From Narcine bancroftii (lineage: Eukaryota), in the NCBI RefSeq assembly GCF_036971445.1, contig NC_091473.1, forward strand, positions 255,316,001 through 255,380,000: DNA of 64,000 nucleotides, read 5' to 3'. Each line of letters starts with the position of its first letter. The first letter of the stretch is position 1. Position numbers and translations under genes: made by a program. Positions 39,401 through 51,400 of the stretch are shown here, one piece after another. The notes beneath the pieces are model-generated. The model was not told the origin of the DNA, did no database searches, and worked only from the letters and a program-made list of their open reading frames with translations.

Positions 39401-42400
39401 CCCTCCCACAGAACATTGTGGAGGTCAGTTCATGAGATGTATTCAAAAGGGAGTTGGATATGGTCTTATTGGCCAAAGGGATCCTGGGGTGTGTGGAGAG
39501 ACCATGGGCTAGGGGGCATATCACATTGGTGGTGCAGCAGACTTGAAGGGCTGAATGGCTTTCTCCTGCTCCTATTTTTTAGGATCTCAGGAAAGTACAC
39601 TCTTCATTATTTATGCTCTCAATAGCTTGCATAATTTTGAAACCAGTTTGTGCAATCTCCATTTCTGTCAAGAGAGCAATACCTGACTTTCCTATCTCTG
39701 GCATTCCAAACAACATTCTGCATCACTCCATCTCTTCACATCAGGAAGATGTGCCTCCTGAATAAAACCCATAATTCACCATTGCATTTTGTGGCTGTAC
39801 ACACTTTGGATCCCTCTGTTCTGTCACTGTTAGCACACTGCTTATGTGGACCAGTTACTTCCCTTCCTCATTTCTTCATATTTAACCATGTGGAACAATG
39901 GAAAGTTTTAGAGGTAACAGTCTTTTTACCAAAACACACTTAACTCGAAAAGTTTTAAGAATCGGCTCAATAAATAATTTCTTTCTCTACCTGTGTCCAG
40001 GTGTGTAACTGAGTCTCCAGTGACTGCAGTTTGCAGCGCAATGAATCATTGTCCAGTTGCACCTGAAATGAAGGTTCAGCCGATAAGCAAGGGCTGTAGG
40101 AAGGAGAATGTGGTCAGACTACTACACCCCCGCCCTGGGGAGTTAATCCCAGCTGCAGATAGTGAGGGTTCCACCAGTTTTACCCCAGCACTGGGACCCA
40201 AGTTTGGGAATCTCACATGGAGCCACTCTAACAGGTGTCATGGACCAACCGGTCAGAAAAGAGGGAAGCTTGAACAAGTAAGCCCGACACTGAATCCTTG
40301 AGGGTCAGGGTGGGCTATGTTTGCCCATCTACCCGCAGTATTCATGTCCTGTGAGTTGAATTAGAGTTAACACCTCACTGACAAAAGACAAAGGAGGAAA
40401 AACCCAACACCCAACCCCAACCAACCAATTTTCCCTTGCAACCGCTGCAACCGTGTCTGCCTGTCCCGCATCGGACTTGTCAGCCACAAATGAGCCTGCA
40501 GCTGACGTGGACATTACCCCTCCATAAATCTTCGTCCGCGAAGCCAAGCCAAAGAAAAAGAACATGTTAGTAATCAGGGGTCGGGGCTGGGACCGCTTCT
40601 TTTGATGATGTATACTCATGACTTGTATTATGGAATGAATGGCTTTGTAGCCAAGTTTGCGAATGATACGAAGGGAGGTGGAGGAGCAGGGAGTGTTGAG
40701 GAAACACGGAGGCTTCAGAAGGACTTAGACAGATTGGGAGAATTGGCAGAGAACTGGCAAATGAAATATAATGTCAGAAAGTGTTGGTCATGTACTTTGG
40801 TAGAAAAATAAACGGGCAGATTATTTTTTAAATGGAGAGAAAATTGAAAATCCCCAGATGCAAAAGGACCTGGGAATCCTCGTGCAGGAGCCTGTGGTGA
40901 AGAAGGCAAATGCAATGCTAGCGTTCATTTCAAGAGGAATAGAATCTATGAGCAAGGATGTGATGTTGAGGTTTATAAGGTTCTGGGAGGACCTCACGTG
41001 GAGGATTGTGAGCAGTTTTGGCCTCATTTAAGAAGGGCTGTGCTGACATTGGAGAGGGTCAGAGGAGGTTCACAAGGATGATTCTGGGAATGAAAGGGTT
41101 ATCATATGAAGAGTGTTTGACAGCTCTTAGTCTGTACTCTTTGGAATTTAGAAAACTTAAGAGGAATCTCATTAAAACATGTTGAATGTTGAAAGGCGTG
41201 GACAGAGTAGATGTAGAAAGGTTGTTCCCCACGGTGGGAGAGTCTAGGACAAGAGGGCACAACTTCAGGATTGAAAGGTGTCCACTTATTACAGAGATGT
41301 GGAGGAATTGCTTCAGGCAGAGGGCGGTGAATCTGTGGAATTGGTTGCCACAGGCGGTTGTGGAGGCTGGGTCATTGGGTGTATTTAAGACAGAGATTGA
41401 TATGATCTTGATAAGCCAGGGGATCAAAGGTTATGGGGAGAAGGCCAGGCAGTGGGGTTGAGTGGGAAAATGGATCAGCTCATGGTGGGGCAGACTCAAT
41501 GGGCTGAATCGCCTATTTCAGCTCCTCTGTCTTATGGTCTTGCCTGAACTTCCTCCCATTGTGGGAGTGCCATGGTTGACAGTCCATCTCATCAAGGAGA
41601 TGACTCAGCCCTGGTAGGAATGGGGACTTCTGCTGTCCTCACCTGAGAGGACTTGGTTTCAAAAAGCAGATGTAACCAGCAGGTATGAGATTCCTACCTT
41701 CCACGATTTCTCTGCAGCCTGCAGCACCGTGGCAAGCAGCTGCTGGAGGATTGCCATCTTCTGCTTCAGCATCAGCTCCCGTTGCAGTGCTTCCTGCAAG
41801 GGAGAGATGGCCTCACACTCAGTCATCGCCCCACAAGCTCACTCATCATACTGCATGACATTTCACATGGCTACATTTACCTAGAGCTTCAAACAGGTAT
41901 ATAGAAACTCAGAGATTTAATGAAATTCTATCTAAATTTTCATTGCATTCCATAAGAAGCCTGGTGAACAAGTACCTTCAGATACTCCGACAGTTGCTGG
42001 ATCTCCTGCAAGACACAAAATACAGGAATATCCTGAATGACACCAAATTAAGTACTGATGTAAAAAAAAACAATGTGACGGACCGTGAGGAATGGAGAAA
42101 CAGTGCTCCTCCGTCGGGTCCACCCGCCTAGTTGGTTCTGAAAGCTGTGTGGCTGCAGAGGCTGTGCGAGCGCTGGAGGTGAATCTACGGACACTCAGTG
42201 ACCCAGGGAGGGGGGGGGGGGAATTCTCTTTTGCTTCTCTTTCTCTGACAGGGGCGGTGGGCACTTTCTGCTGACGGCGAATCTTTGCCTTACAGTCGAT
42301 TAATGGAAATTTTATGTAATATCACGTTTTCTGTTTTATTACATGACAATAATAGAATCTTGAATTACATCGATAGGCCAGATGCTGTACACCTGGTTCT

Positions 42401-45400
42401 ACGTTCGTTTGTCAGGGCCATCCTGCTACCAAGAGTTCACCCTGGTTTCCAACACAACACATCGTGTGCCACCCATCCTGCCCTTTTCCCCGAACCATCA
42501 ATTTTCAGAGCTTTCCTTGTGTACGTCGTGTACAGAGTTTATTGATAGCTGTGTTTGCTTTATCCATTCACAGGCTGTGGGTGTGGAGTCTCATTGCTGC
42601 TGGACTGAGGGGGTCTTGGACCATTTCTCAGTCAACAAGGCGTTTGAATCTGGACTCGGCGATTGGACCAGACCAGGTAGGGTCAGAAGATTCTCTTCCC
42701 TGATGGCCATTTCATGATCTGGATGGGTTTTTACGGTCATTTCATTGCCACCACACTGGCTTTCCACTCCAGCCACACCCTACCTTGGGTCTGTTAGCTT
42801 TTTACTTGTGAATCCCCATTTTTTCCCTTGGTGTAACACAGGTCAAAGTTGTGAGGGTCAAATGTGTTCCAAAAGAAGAATTGATGCCCAGCTAACAGGC
42901 ATAGATAGACTGACATCAAGCTGACAGACAGACATCTGATGTAACTTCCTTTACCTGATCCAGGACTGTGACTCCACATCTGTAAAGAAAAATATAATGT
43001 TCATTAAAGGCATTTGATAGGCAGTCAGTGTTAACATGGTTGCATTTCAGCTCCACCTCCTGGTCTGCGGCCGCCCAGTGAGGAGGGGGGGGGTTGGCAC
43101 TCGGTGGATCTTCTTGTGGGATTGCCGCTGGGCCTGGCGACACTGGCTATTCATGGGTCGAGGCGGCGGGCGGTGGGGGGGTGGGGCGAGCTGCCTGCCC
43201 CTCTTTCAGGGTTACGTCCAGGTCCGTACGGTGTTGGCCGGGACCACGTGGTGTCCGCGGGGATGGTGGTTGAGTTCCGGGAATGATGGCCCTTCCCCCA
43301 GGGGATTGTGTGTGTGGTTGATGGTGAAAATTGTGTTTTAATTTGATGTTTAATATTGTATAATAGAGAGGTGGTCATGATTACTGCTTCTCACGGCTTT
43401 TGTCATGTTGATGGTGGGTTTTAGTTGTAGCCCTGTGTGTATTTTATGTCTTGTAATGTTGTAGTTTTAAATAATGTTTGTACATTTAAAAAAACCATGT
43501 AAATGTTACACCACTCCTGCAGGATAAGCTGAATAGTGAGCCATAAGGCATGTATCATTAGCCCTTTTTATGGTTAACGCCACATTATAGCTGGCTCAAG
43601 TTGAAAAAAGGCAAATTTACCTTTTATGATAACGACCTGCAATGTGGATCCCGCGGTGCCTTTATGTAGACCTGAGTCAGGAGCCGACTTCCAGAGCTGA
43701 GGGAGGTGGGATGAGTGGGGCAATAGTGCTGCCTACCACCATGACCTCAAACATACACGCCGAAAAGGGACAGTGGCCTATACTGGAAAATGGTGGCTGA
43801 AGAGCAGGTTCGAGCGCTAGTGGAGATCGGTGCAAGCAGTCTTAGGACCCAGGCAGATCACCCGCACCACATAATCCTCCCTATTAACCTTATGGGTTTT
43901 CTAAAATTCGCACTCCTAGGTCACGGGCTGATGGCGTCATCACGGCGACATCAGCCCTCCCCTTTGGAGTTGCATTCAGTGGCATTCCTTTTACAGAGGA
44001 GGTGGAGCGACTTTCCTCCACCTCCGCCTCTGGGTCTCCCCCAGTGGGCCTCAACATTTTTCTTTCCACTCACATCCCACTTTAAGGAATCCCTGTGCCA
44101 TCAGTGCTCTGTGATTAGTAAGGGATTACTTAAGCAATTCCTTACTAATCACAGCGCTCTGATGCCATAGGGATTACTTAATGTGGGATGTGAGTGGAAA
44201 GAAACAGGTTGAGAACCTTGGTCTACCCCCCTAGGAGGATGGAAGATGGAGCGAGTTCGACCAGTCTATCCACCTTCAGACCTTTTATGGAGGTAAGTGA
44301 AGCAATTTAAAGATGGAGAATCTCTGTCTATATAATCGATTTTTTTCACTATAAAAAGGCCTAATGTCTATCTCACATGAAGATTCTGTTGGGACCAACT
44401 GCTAACACAACAATCACATTTCTCCACTTTGATTCACTGATCTATATATTCTATGTCGAATCACTCATCTGCATTATTGAAACAGCACGTTTTGCTCAAA
44501 CTGCAACTGAATATTTATCTTTCCTTTCTTATGTGCTGTCACATTGTGTTAATTTAATTTATACTTATTATTTGCTTTTACGTACCAATGTGTAATGAGT
44601 AATGAAAAATTATTACAATGTACAGGTGCACTAAAATTCTGCCCAGCTACAGCCACAAGGTATGTTAGATGCATCAACTACAATAGTTTAAATCAGCCAT
44701 TCTCAACTGGGCCCATATGGACCCCCCTGAGGCCACAGCACATTTAAGGGGGGGGCACGGACTGAAATCGGGAAGGGGAAAGTACAGAAGAAGTACAGAA
44801 GTACAGAACTTGACTGCTTCACAGGGAAGGGGGGCCCCCCAAACTTCGAGCAGAGTCCTTAGGTGGGGCTTAGCCAAAAAAACATTGAGAATGGTTGGTC
44901 TAAATTAAGTTAACACAAGGCAAAAAAAGAGAGAATAAATTTAAAAGGATGGAGAAATAAATATTCATCATTGCAGTTCATGCAAGAAAAGAAAATTATG
45001 TTTCAGAACTGGTGCTGGTTCCAGAGTAGTTTATGGTGAAGGTCAGGGTAGTACGGGGAGTTTCAGAAACTCGATAGTTGTTGGGTAAAAACTGTTGTTG
45101 GGCCTGGCTGGAGGTGCCACTCTTCAGGTAGCAGCGAGAAGAAGTTGTGACCAGGATGCAGGGGTCCTTTTTGAGTCAGCTGGCCCTCACACAGATGTCA
45201 GCAGTGGACAGGAAGTCAGAGACTTGGGGAAGTTTGCTAGACTCGTTACTCTTTCCCTTGGACAGCAGCAGCAAGAACTCCAGCACGTCTGTGTGTTGTT
45301 TTAACTGGAGTGATGCTGAGCCAAGTGAACTCTGAGCGCCTGCCTTGGCTGACAGTGTAAATAGTGGGGTCAGTACTCACTCAGTCTGCTGGCTCGCCTC

Positions 45401-48400
45401 CTTCCTGCCCATGTTTCTACATTCATCGCTCTCCGCTGACGGCACCTGAGTAGCTGTTCACAGGTAAAGTGATCACAGTGAGATATATAATCAGAACCAA
45501 TACAGGGTGATTGAAACAATAGCCATCCACATTCTCAGACTCAATAGACTCACCTAACAAGGCGCACCAACTCCACAAGTAACTGCCCCCTCAACCCCTC
45601 ATTCCTCATTCAGCCTCACCTCCCTCCCCATCCCCTCACTCCTCACCCTGCATCCCCTCTCCCCTTCATCCCCTCTCCCCTCACCCCTTCACTCCCCCTC
45701 ACCATCCCTCACTTTCCCCTCACTCCCATCACCCCCTTCATTCGCCTCTCATCCCTCACTCCCCTTCACCCCTCTCACTCCCCTCACCATCCCTCACTAC
45801 CTCCTCAATCCCACTCACTCCCTCACTCCCTCTCACTTCCCCACACCATCCTCACTCCCCTCATGCTCTCCTTTATTGCTGGCAGCTCCGCGAGGGTGGA
45901 GTTGGATCATCCTGACCCCAAGCCTCATGATTTGGAATATAAGAGCAGGAATCCTAGAGATCATGGAGAGGAAATCTGTGTCATTGTCTTGTACTCAGAG
46001 ATGGCCTTTATGAACTTTTAAAGCAGTGGGGGGGGGGGGGAATGGAGTGGCGGGAGTGAGAAAGGAGGTCTGTAATTGTGTGGACACACTGAGCAAAGCG
46101 CCAGTTAGAAAGCAGCTCGGAGAGGGAAGAAAATCTGTGGGCGTGCGATGGGGGCTGCAGACATGTGTCTGTAACCATGATTGCCCTCATTCCTGTGATC
46201 TCATTGTCCCCAGCTGCTGGCAGCGGAGAGGGGATGGAGTGAGAGCTACTTCCAGTGGTGGTGTTAAAATCTGAAGTGTAAATGTACATCATGACGTAAA
46301 AGTGATGTACATGGCCCCAATGCAGGAATTAGTTCATTTTGTTCAAATACATTAAAACCCCTGGTATCCGACATCAATAGGGATTGGTAGATGTTGGATA
46401 AGTGAGATTTCTGGTTGCTTGAGACTAAAAGTTGCGTGCATGAAGAACTAACAGTGACACGCCAATTTTAAACCCAAATAAACCATTTATTTTCCACCTT
46501 TTTTTTGCTGGTTGCTTGAATTGTGGATAATGGAGATTTTACAACATATGAATTAGCAATGATGGGTGGAAGGGTAGATTCATGAAGTAAAAACCAAAAT
46601 ATTTTAAAAACCAAGTCTATAAAAAAGAACCACAGGAGATGTTAACCAGAGGTCTATGAGTGGTTGTAAGGCTCAGTTTGGAAATACTCAGCTCCTGAAT
46701 CACCCCAGTCAGTCCAAAGTGAACTATTGAGCACCAGGACAAGCCCACAAACACATTCCCAGTGCTTTATCTCCTCCGGATCATACCTTTATCTTTTCTG
46801 GAAATCTTCCTGATGACAGCATTGGCTTGGATGAGTGTGGTGCTGGGGGAAGTGAGGCTTGCATCTTTGGTTCCCCACTGGCTGTGCCGGTTGCTGCCCT
46901 TAGAAACGGTAAACTCTGGAGGCATCTACAAAGAGAGCAAACTCAGGCAGCCATAGAACTGTTGTCAAAATCTTTGCAAGTCCTAACCAAAATCCAGATG
47001 CTAGAAATCTGAAATAAAGATAAAAGATGCTGGATACAACCTGCAAGTCAGGCAGCGTCCGTGGAGAGAGACACAGAGTTGATAATCCAGGTGGAAGATA
47101 ATACTGCTTCCATAAGATAATGACTGATTTTTACCTCAGCATCACTTTACTGCTCTAACCCCGTATTCATGGAATTTCTAAAAATCTATCAATCTCTGGG
47201 GATGGGAGGGAAGGGAGGGGAAGGAAGGGGAAGGGATGGGAGAGAAAAGGAGAGAAGAGTGAGAAGGGAGAGGAAAGGAGAGAGAAAGGGGAGGAGCACA
47301 GGCTGATAGATAAGACGTAATGGGTGGATACAGGTGGGAGAGTAGAAGCTGAGAGGTGATGGGGAGAGGGTAGAGGGGTAAGGTGTAGCTTACCTGTTAG
47401 TTGTGTTCTATTCCTCCTACCCCCTGCCCCCACCTGTTTATTCAGACATCTACCTGTTTTTCTTTGTTCCCAATGAAAGGCTCAGGCCTGAACATATTGG
47501 ATATCTTTCACTTTCTATGGACGCTGTGTAGCCTGCTGAGTTCTCCAGCAGTTTTGTGTATTGCACTTCGTACAGTGTGAAGGAGTCATACAGTGGTGTA
47601 CAGTTTCCAGAGCAGGGGATTAGATTGGAAAAGGTACATTGATCGGTTACTGGGAGAGTGCCAATGCGGTCTGAAAGTTGAGTGGTGAGATGTGCCAGCA
47701 AATACACGGGCATGGTAGGTCCCATCAGGAATTGTGCTGATCTTATTGTTTTTGGAATAAACCACCTAATGCCAAATCACCCTCGACTTGTATTTGTGGC
47801 AAACCCGATTACATGTTCATGCAAAGCCCAGCTAGGCCTCGAGCACCTAATAAATTAGTAATCCAGTTTCTAGGCAAATATCAGTGGCACAGTTGGTATA
47901 GTGGGTGCTGTTACAGCACCAGCGATTGGGACTGGGGTTCGAGTCCTGCACTGTCTGTAAAGAGTTTGTACATTCTACCCGTGTCTGTGTGGGTTTCCTC
48001 TGAGTTCTCTGGTTTCCTCCCACCCTTCAAAACATACCAGGGGTGTAGGTTAATTGGATGTAATTGGGCGGTTCTGTGCTATATGTCTAAATTTAAATTT
48101 TTAATCTCGAAAACCTCATTAATGGGCCCAGGTGCACTGACTTTTGGGACATAGACAAGTACTGGTTATTCCCTCTGCAAGTGTACATCACTGTGCAATG
48201 ATCCACCCACTCAAGCTCAGTCTCCGTCTGGGCTCTCTTTTTGCTGAATTTATAAAAATCATCTCTTCTGTCTTTTATGATTCAAAATATCTGAGATTAC
48301 AATCACAACATTCAAATCTATCTGCCCCTTCATTTAACCAATAACATTTCTGTCTTTCCACTAATTTTGCAAGGTGGATTCTCTTAAAGATGAGGCTCTG

Positions 48401-51400
48401 CTTTCTTGCCTAAAGGTGACTTTAAAATATAATTCAATCACAAACTTTGTGATTTCTGTTACCTCTTGCTAAGCCTGACCATTCTGATGAAAGGACGTTC
48501 TTTGCTTTTCTCTCTCCAGAGACACCTCCTGATGTTGGGAGCTTAGATAAACACGATGTTGGAGAAACTCAGCAGGTCAAACAGGGCACTTTATATAGCA
48601 AAGATAAAGATACAGAACCAAAGTTTAGCAGTGGTTCTCAACCTTTTTCTTTCCACTCACATTTCACTTTAAGTGATCTCTGTACCATCGGTGCTCTGTG
48701 ATTAGTAAGGGATTGCTTAAGGTTGGATGTGGGTGGGAAGGGAAGGTTGAGAATCACTGCTTTAGACTCAATTGTTACTGAAATATTTTGCTTGAGAAAA
48801 ATTGTCATTGGCTCATTTCTTTTGGAGTTATGAAACTGTGCACATAACGAGTCAATTAAGTACAATTAAAACAGAGGTTTTCCAACATTTTCTTTCCACC
48901 CACGTACCATCTTAAGTAATCCCTTACTAATACAGAGCACCTATAGCATAGGGATTACTTAAAGTGGTATGTGAGTGGAAAGAAAAAGGTTGAGAACCAC
49001 TGGTTTAGGGCTTGAACCCTTCATCAAAGTATGTGCAAAATGTAGGCAGGCGTCCAAATTGGGCTCATTTTGCTCATACCTTGTCGAAGGGCTCAAGCCC
49101 GAAACGCCGGTTATGTATCTCTATCTTTGCAACATAAAGGATAATATTTGGCCTGCTGTATTTCTCAAAAATTGTGTTTTCACTTTAATCATAGTGTCTG
49201 CAGACTTTCATGTTTTACCCTGCAGGGAGTTCAGAGTATTTTCTGTTTTAATATCAAAATCATGGGCATTAACATTGCAAACATTTCTGGTGTTACTTCA
49301 ACTTATCAGGACTGGTTAGGAGTTAAAAAATCCCATTGACAAAGAAAGTTTTGACTCTGAAGCTTAATTTTATTTACAAATTTGTTTCAAATCTTCTGTT
49401 CGCTATGTTAACTGTATACAAAACTTTAATTTGTTCTTCAATTTTGCAAAGCTGTAAGCTACAGTTGTTTTGGAAAATATCTAATTAGTCAATATTTTCA
49501 GTAGTATATGAAAAGATTATTTTATCTCATCAAAAGTCCCGCAGAGCAGTGAAATTTTTTTGTGAAATGCCTCATAACAGTATAAGAACATTGGACAGAC
49601 TTGGCTTGTAATACTGTCCGACATTCTGAAGAAATTCACACGGCCATCACAGTTACTGCATAGAGACCCAGCTCGGCAAAAGGTGGGTTCCTTTCCCGGG
49701 CTTGCTTCCTTGCTGGGGAAAAGCTTACCAAATGCCAAATCTACCCTTGACCACCTTGAACATAGAACAGAACTGTACAGCACAGGAACAGGCCCTACAG
49801 CCCACGCCTCTGCTCAACATGATGCCAAACTCAAACTGAAACCTTCCTGGCTACACATCTTACTATCCTATTCCCTGCATGTTCACGTGTTAATCTAGAA
49901 ACTTCTTAAACCAATGGTTGTCAACCTTTTTTTTAACCATTTCCATTTCACCTTAAATAATCACTTATTAACCACAGAGCAGCTATGGCATCCTATGGTA
50001 TGCGAGTAGAAAATGTGGGTTGAGAACCCACTGCCTTAAACACAATAATATCTCTTTCCACCATTTGTCTTGACAGCCTGTTCCAGACACTCACCATTTG
50101 CTGTGTAAAAATTTTGCCCTACACATCGCCTTTAAATATCTCTCCTCCCCACCCCTCCTTAAATGCCAGTCATCTGTGACATTTTTACCCTGGGATAAAA
50201 GATTCTGTCTGTCTACCTTTTCAATGTGTCCTAATATTGTAAACTTCTACCAGGTCTTCCCTCAGTCTCCTCCACTTCAGAAAAAAACAACCAAAGATTG
50301 TCCAACCTCTCTTTAGAACTGATACTCTCTACTCGGGGCAACATTCTGGTCAGCTTTTTGGTGCCCTTTCCAAAGCCTCCCTATTCATCCTGTTTCACAG
50401 TAGAATTAGAGCAAATTAAGTGAACAGAGTAGATATTGATCCCAGTGAACACACAATAGGCTGCAGATGGTGTGATTATAGTAAAAAAAACCTAAATGCT
50501 GTAGGAACTCAGCCGGTCTTTTCAGTGTATATTGTCGACATTTCAGGCCTGAGGCCTTCTTCAAGGAATAAGTAGAATAAGCCAGAAGCAGGAAATCTCA
50601 GAAAGTCTTAAAATTCAGACAGTGCGGCTCGGGGAGGAATCCAGACCAACAAAAGGAGTTAATTAGATATAATAAGGGATGAGGTAAGAATTTAACTTGT
50701 CTGTGTGGAAGGAGAGAGGGAAGGGAGAGATGGAGTTGGGGGAAGGTGATGGGAAGAAGTGAGGGGGTAGATTTAAATGAAAAAGAAATGGATGTTAATG
50801 CCATCCGGTTGAGGGTGCCCAGTTGGAAGATAAGGTGTTGTTCCTCCAATTTGCAGGTAGTCTCAGTCTGGCAATGCATGAGACCATGGACAGTCATGAC
50901 AGTAAGGGTTCCATCCTCTCTCAACACGAATATGATCCACACTCCACACAAAGGTGTGGCAGCCCAGAGCTTCTGTCCAGGAGAATGGGTACAACTCATT
51001 CCCTTCGTCTCCAGGTCAAGGGTTCGGAGGAGTAACATTCTCCACTCTCTGGAAACCGATATGAACTTTGGTTAGTTCACTGTAGGTTGGGCATCTCATT
51101 CCAAACTGGAGAGATGGATTAGAGCAGGGCGTAACTGTATGAGGGGCTGGTAGCAAGGAACATGTTCAAACCCTATCGGGGATTGGAAGTTGACAAGCTA
51201 AACAGCTGACATCAGGAAAGTGGTTAAATGGGAAGCACTGGAACCTGAAGAAATGCTGGAAAAACTCAGCTAGTCAGGCAGCATCTGTGGAGAGAGAAAC
51301 CTATTCATGTTCTGGGTCAGGAACCCGAGCTCAGAACTGTTGGGAGCTACACTTCCAGGTGCTAGAACTGACTGAGTTCTCCCGCAATCTTTTGGCTTGG

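Noticed and set aside
49517-49783. Minus-strand ORF in a TRAF3IP3 intron
   Set aside because: The acceptor derives from a LINE tail, the phase-0 reading hits a stop, and there is no similarity to TRAF3IP3.
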